Below are positions 17,699-19,295 of a stretch of 19,295 nucleotides of DNA, in pieces. Position 1 is the first letter of the stretch; the number at the start of each line of letters is the position of its first letter. The position numbers and the translations under genes are program-made. The DNA is from a virus (lineage: Duplodnaviria > Heunggongvirae > Uroviricota > Caudoviricetes). The notes under the pieces are model-generated. The model worked only from the letters and a program-made list of their open reading frames with translations. It did not search any database and was not told the origin of the DNA. The DNA is taken from positions 1 to 19,295 of the IMG/VR virus record IMGVR_UViG_2563366887_000005; one strand, given 5' to 3'.

Positions 17699-18712
17699 AT
17701 GGCAATCAAAAAACTCGATGATGGTCGATATGAAGTGGACATCCGCCCTACTGGACGTAACGGAAAACGCATCCGTAGGAAGTTTGATAAGAAAAGCGAA
17801 GCTGTCGCTTTCGAGAAATACACGTTGTACAACCACCACAATAAAGAATGGCTATCAAAACCAACAGACAAGCGACGTCTGTCGGAGCTGACACAGATCT
17901 GGTGGGATTTAAAGGGTAAACACGAAGAGCATGGGAAATCTAATCTTGGAAAAATTGAAATCTTCACAAAAATAACGAATGACCCATGCGCATTTCAAAT
18001 TACGAAATCGCTTATCAGCCAGTACTGCGCCACCCGAAGAAGTCAGGGTATTAAACCTTCGAGTATCAATCGTGATTTAACATGTATTAGCGGCATGTTT
18101 ACAGCCCTGATTGAAGCGGAGTTATTCTTTGGTGAGCACCCTATCAGAGGGACAAAAAGGCTTAAGGAGGAAAAACCAGACACAGGCTATCTCACGCAGG
18201 AAGAAATTGCCTTACTGCTTGCTGCTCTTGACGGCGACAACAAAAAGATTGCGATTCTTTGCCTGAGTACTGGAGCACGTTGGGGAGAAGCAGCTCGTTT
18301 GAAAGCAGAAAATATCATCCATAACCGCGTCACGTTTGTTAAAACGAAAACAAACAAACCACGCACCGTCCCGATCTCAGAGGCTGTTGCCAAAATGATC
18401 GCGGATAACAAACGAGGTTTTTTATTCCCTGATGCTGATTACCCTCGCTTCAGACGAACAATGAAAGCAATAAAACCGGATTTGCCAATGGGGCAAGCCA
18501 CACATGCACTAAGGCACAGCTTTGCCACTCATTTCATGATTAATGGAGGAAGTATTATCACGCTACAACGGATACTAGGTCACACGCGGATTGAGCAAAC
18601 TATGGTTTACGCTCATTTTGCGCCAGAGTACCTTCAGGACGCCATTTCTCTTAATCCGCTAAGAGGTGGTACTGAGGCCGAGAGTGTCCACACAGTGTCC
18701 ACAGTAGAGTAA
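17699..18712 (+). CDS. int: Tyrosine integrase (P2 Int-like), 337 aa
   Basis: 337 aa; C-terminal HALRHSFATHF...GHTRIEQTMVYAHF (catalytic R-H-R-Y box); SD GGAGGG upstream; adjacent to attR. Confidence 0.9.
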   Translation: MAIKKLDDGRYEVDIRPTGRNGKRIRRKFDKKSEAVAFEKYTLYNHHNKEWLSKPTDKRRLSELTQIWWDLKGKHEEHGKSNLGKIEIFTKITNDPCAFQITKSLISQYCATRRSQGIKPSSINRDLTCISGMFTALIEAELFFGEHPIRGTKRLKEEKPDTGYLTQEEIALLLAALDGDNKKIAILCLSTGARWGEAARLKAENIIHNRVTFVKTKTNKPRTVPISEAVAKMIADNKRGFLFPDADYPRFRRTMKAIKPDLPMGQATHALRHSFATHFMINGGSIITLQRILGHTRIEQTMVYAHFAPEYLQDAISLNPLRGGTEAESVHTVSTVE

Positions 18713-18791
18713 CGTTTAAGGGCTTTCAGTGGTAATTTATGCCGCTCAAACCCGCATTGTACCGTTGAAAGCCCCTACTGGTGACACCCTA

Positions 18792-18818
18792 AATCTCCCT
18801 TACACGGGCTTATTTTTT
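18792..18818. repeat. attR core (27 bp), direct repeat of 1507-1533
   Basis: Identical 27-mer AATCTCCCTTACACGGGCTTATTTTTT. Confidence 0.85.
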
Positions 18819-18977
18819 TATGCATAAGCCCTATCTCTGGTAACCGTCTTCCATTGACCACATCGATAGAATCCTCCTTCATAGCACGATGCCTTTCACT
18901 TATCGGCATCGTGCTCCCACAGGTTCCGGCTACGCACAGCCAGAACGCGCATATTTGACGCTTACCAAAAAATATTC

Positions 18978-19295
18978 TCACTCTCCACATTTGAATGTCA
19001 GACGAGCGACACCATGTAATCCTACACCTTCTGTCTTCAGCTCAACTATTTGCATTTTTTTGCCCTGAGTAACACAGAAATGAGTTGCATCATTTTTTAC
19101 TATATTTTCTGCACCAGATATTCTGCCCCTGGCTAAAGAAGCTTCGGCTTCGGTGTAGTATTGGTTATCGAGTTTACGCTGAATATTACTTTTATATGCA
19201 AGACCAAATTTACCGATACTTGTCTCATCATTATGCACAGCACAACCAGACATAATAAAAATACTAATTAATGATATAGCAGCTATCTTTTTCAT
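18978..19295 (-). CDS. yegR: Putative lipoprotein YegR, 105 aa
   Basis: MKKIAAISLISIFIMSGC signal peptide with lipobox; 105 aa; sits after the P2 remnant as in K-12. Confidence 0.75.
   Translation of the reverse strand: MKKIAAISLISIFIMSGCAVHNDETSIGKFGLAYKSNIQRKLDNQYYTEAEASLARGRISGAENIVKNDATHFCVTQGKKMQIVELKTEGVGLHGVARLTFKCGE

Larger units (their letters stand above)
1507..18818. mobile_element. Degraded P2-like prophage integrated at the cyaR 3' end (attL-ogr-D-U-T'...P'-Q-cos-cargo-A-B-cox-C-int-attR)
   Basis: Flanking 27-bp direct repeats, P2 gene order and identities, cos site; capsid and most tail genes are absent. Confidence 0.85.

Noticed and set aside
17629-17967. 112-aa - strand ORF spanning the int start region
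   Set aside because: Overlaps the int ribosome-binding site and start on the opposite strand; no homology or signals.
18885-18917. 11-bp stem hairpin (AGCACGATGCC ... GGCATCGTGCT) between attR and yegR, considered as a yegR terminator
   Set aside because: No U-tract follows on either strand, so it is not a canonical intrinsic terminator; function unknown.
18775-18990. 71-aa - strand ORF spanning attR and the yegR 3' flank
   Set aside because: Crosses the host-phage junction and so cannot be a conserved gene; likely spurious.
1-19295. Search for CRISPR arrays, tRNA or rRNA genes, and IS transposases
   Set aside because: No short regularly spaced direct repeats, no tRNA-like cloverleaf candidates at the att site (the integration target is an sRNA) and no transposase-like ORFs were seen.

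Overview
The window is an Enterobacteriaceae (E. coli-like) chromosomal locus, yegQ-cyaR ... yegR, carrying a degraded P2-like prophage of about 17.3 kb integrated at the 3' end of the CyaR sRNA gene. The 27-bp att core is duplicated at 1507-1533 and 18792-18818. The prophage keeps the lysogeny and replication module (int, C, cox, orf78, B, orf80-83, A), the cos site, portal Q and the ogr/D/U/T end. The structural module has collapsed through at least two deletions: tape measure T is fused in frame to a 5' fragment of a Pin/Gin-type invertase gene, and an orphaned invertible tail-fibre segment with perfect 34-bp inverted repeats abuts a 5'-truncated terminase P. The most interesting region is 9.6-12.8 kb, between cos and gene A, which is the position of tin/old in P2 and a known anti-phage hotspot. 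It holds an A+T-rich three-gene operon (354, 370 and 223 aa) with no recognisable similarity to P2 proteins or to defence systems I can recall, and is a candidate novel defence system. All identifications rest on reading the translations and sequence by eye; no database searches were run.
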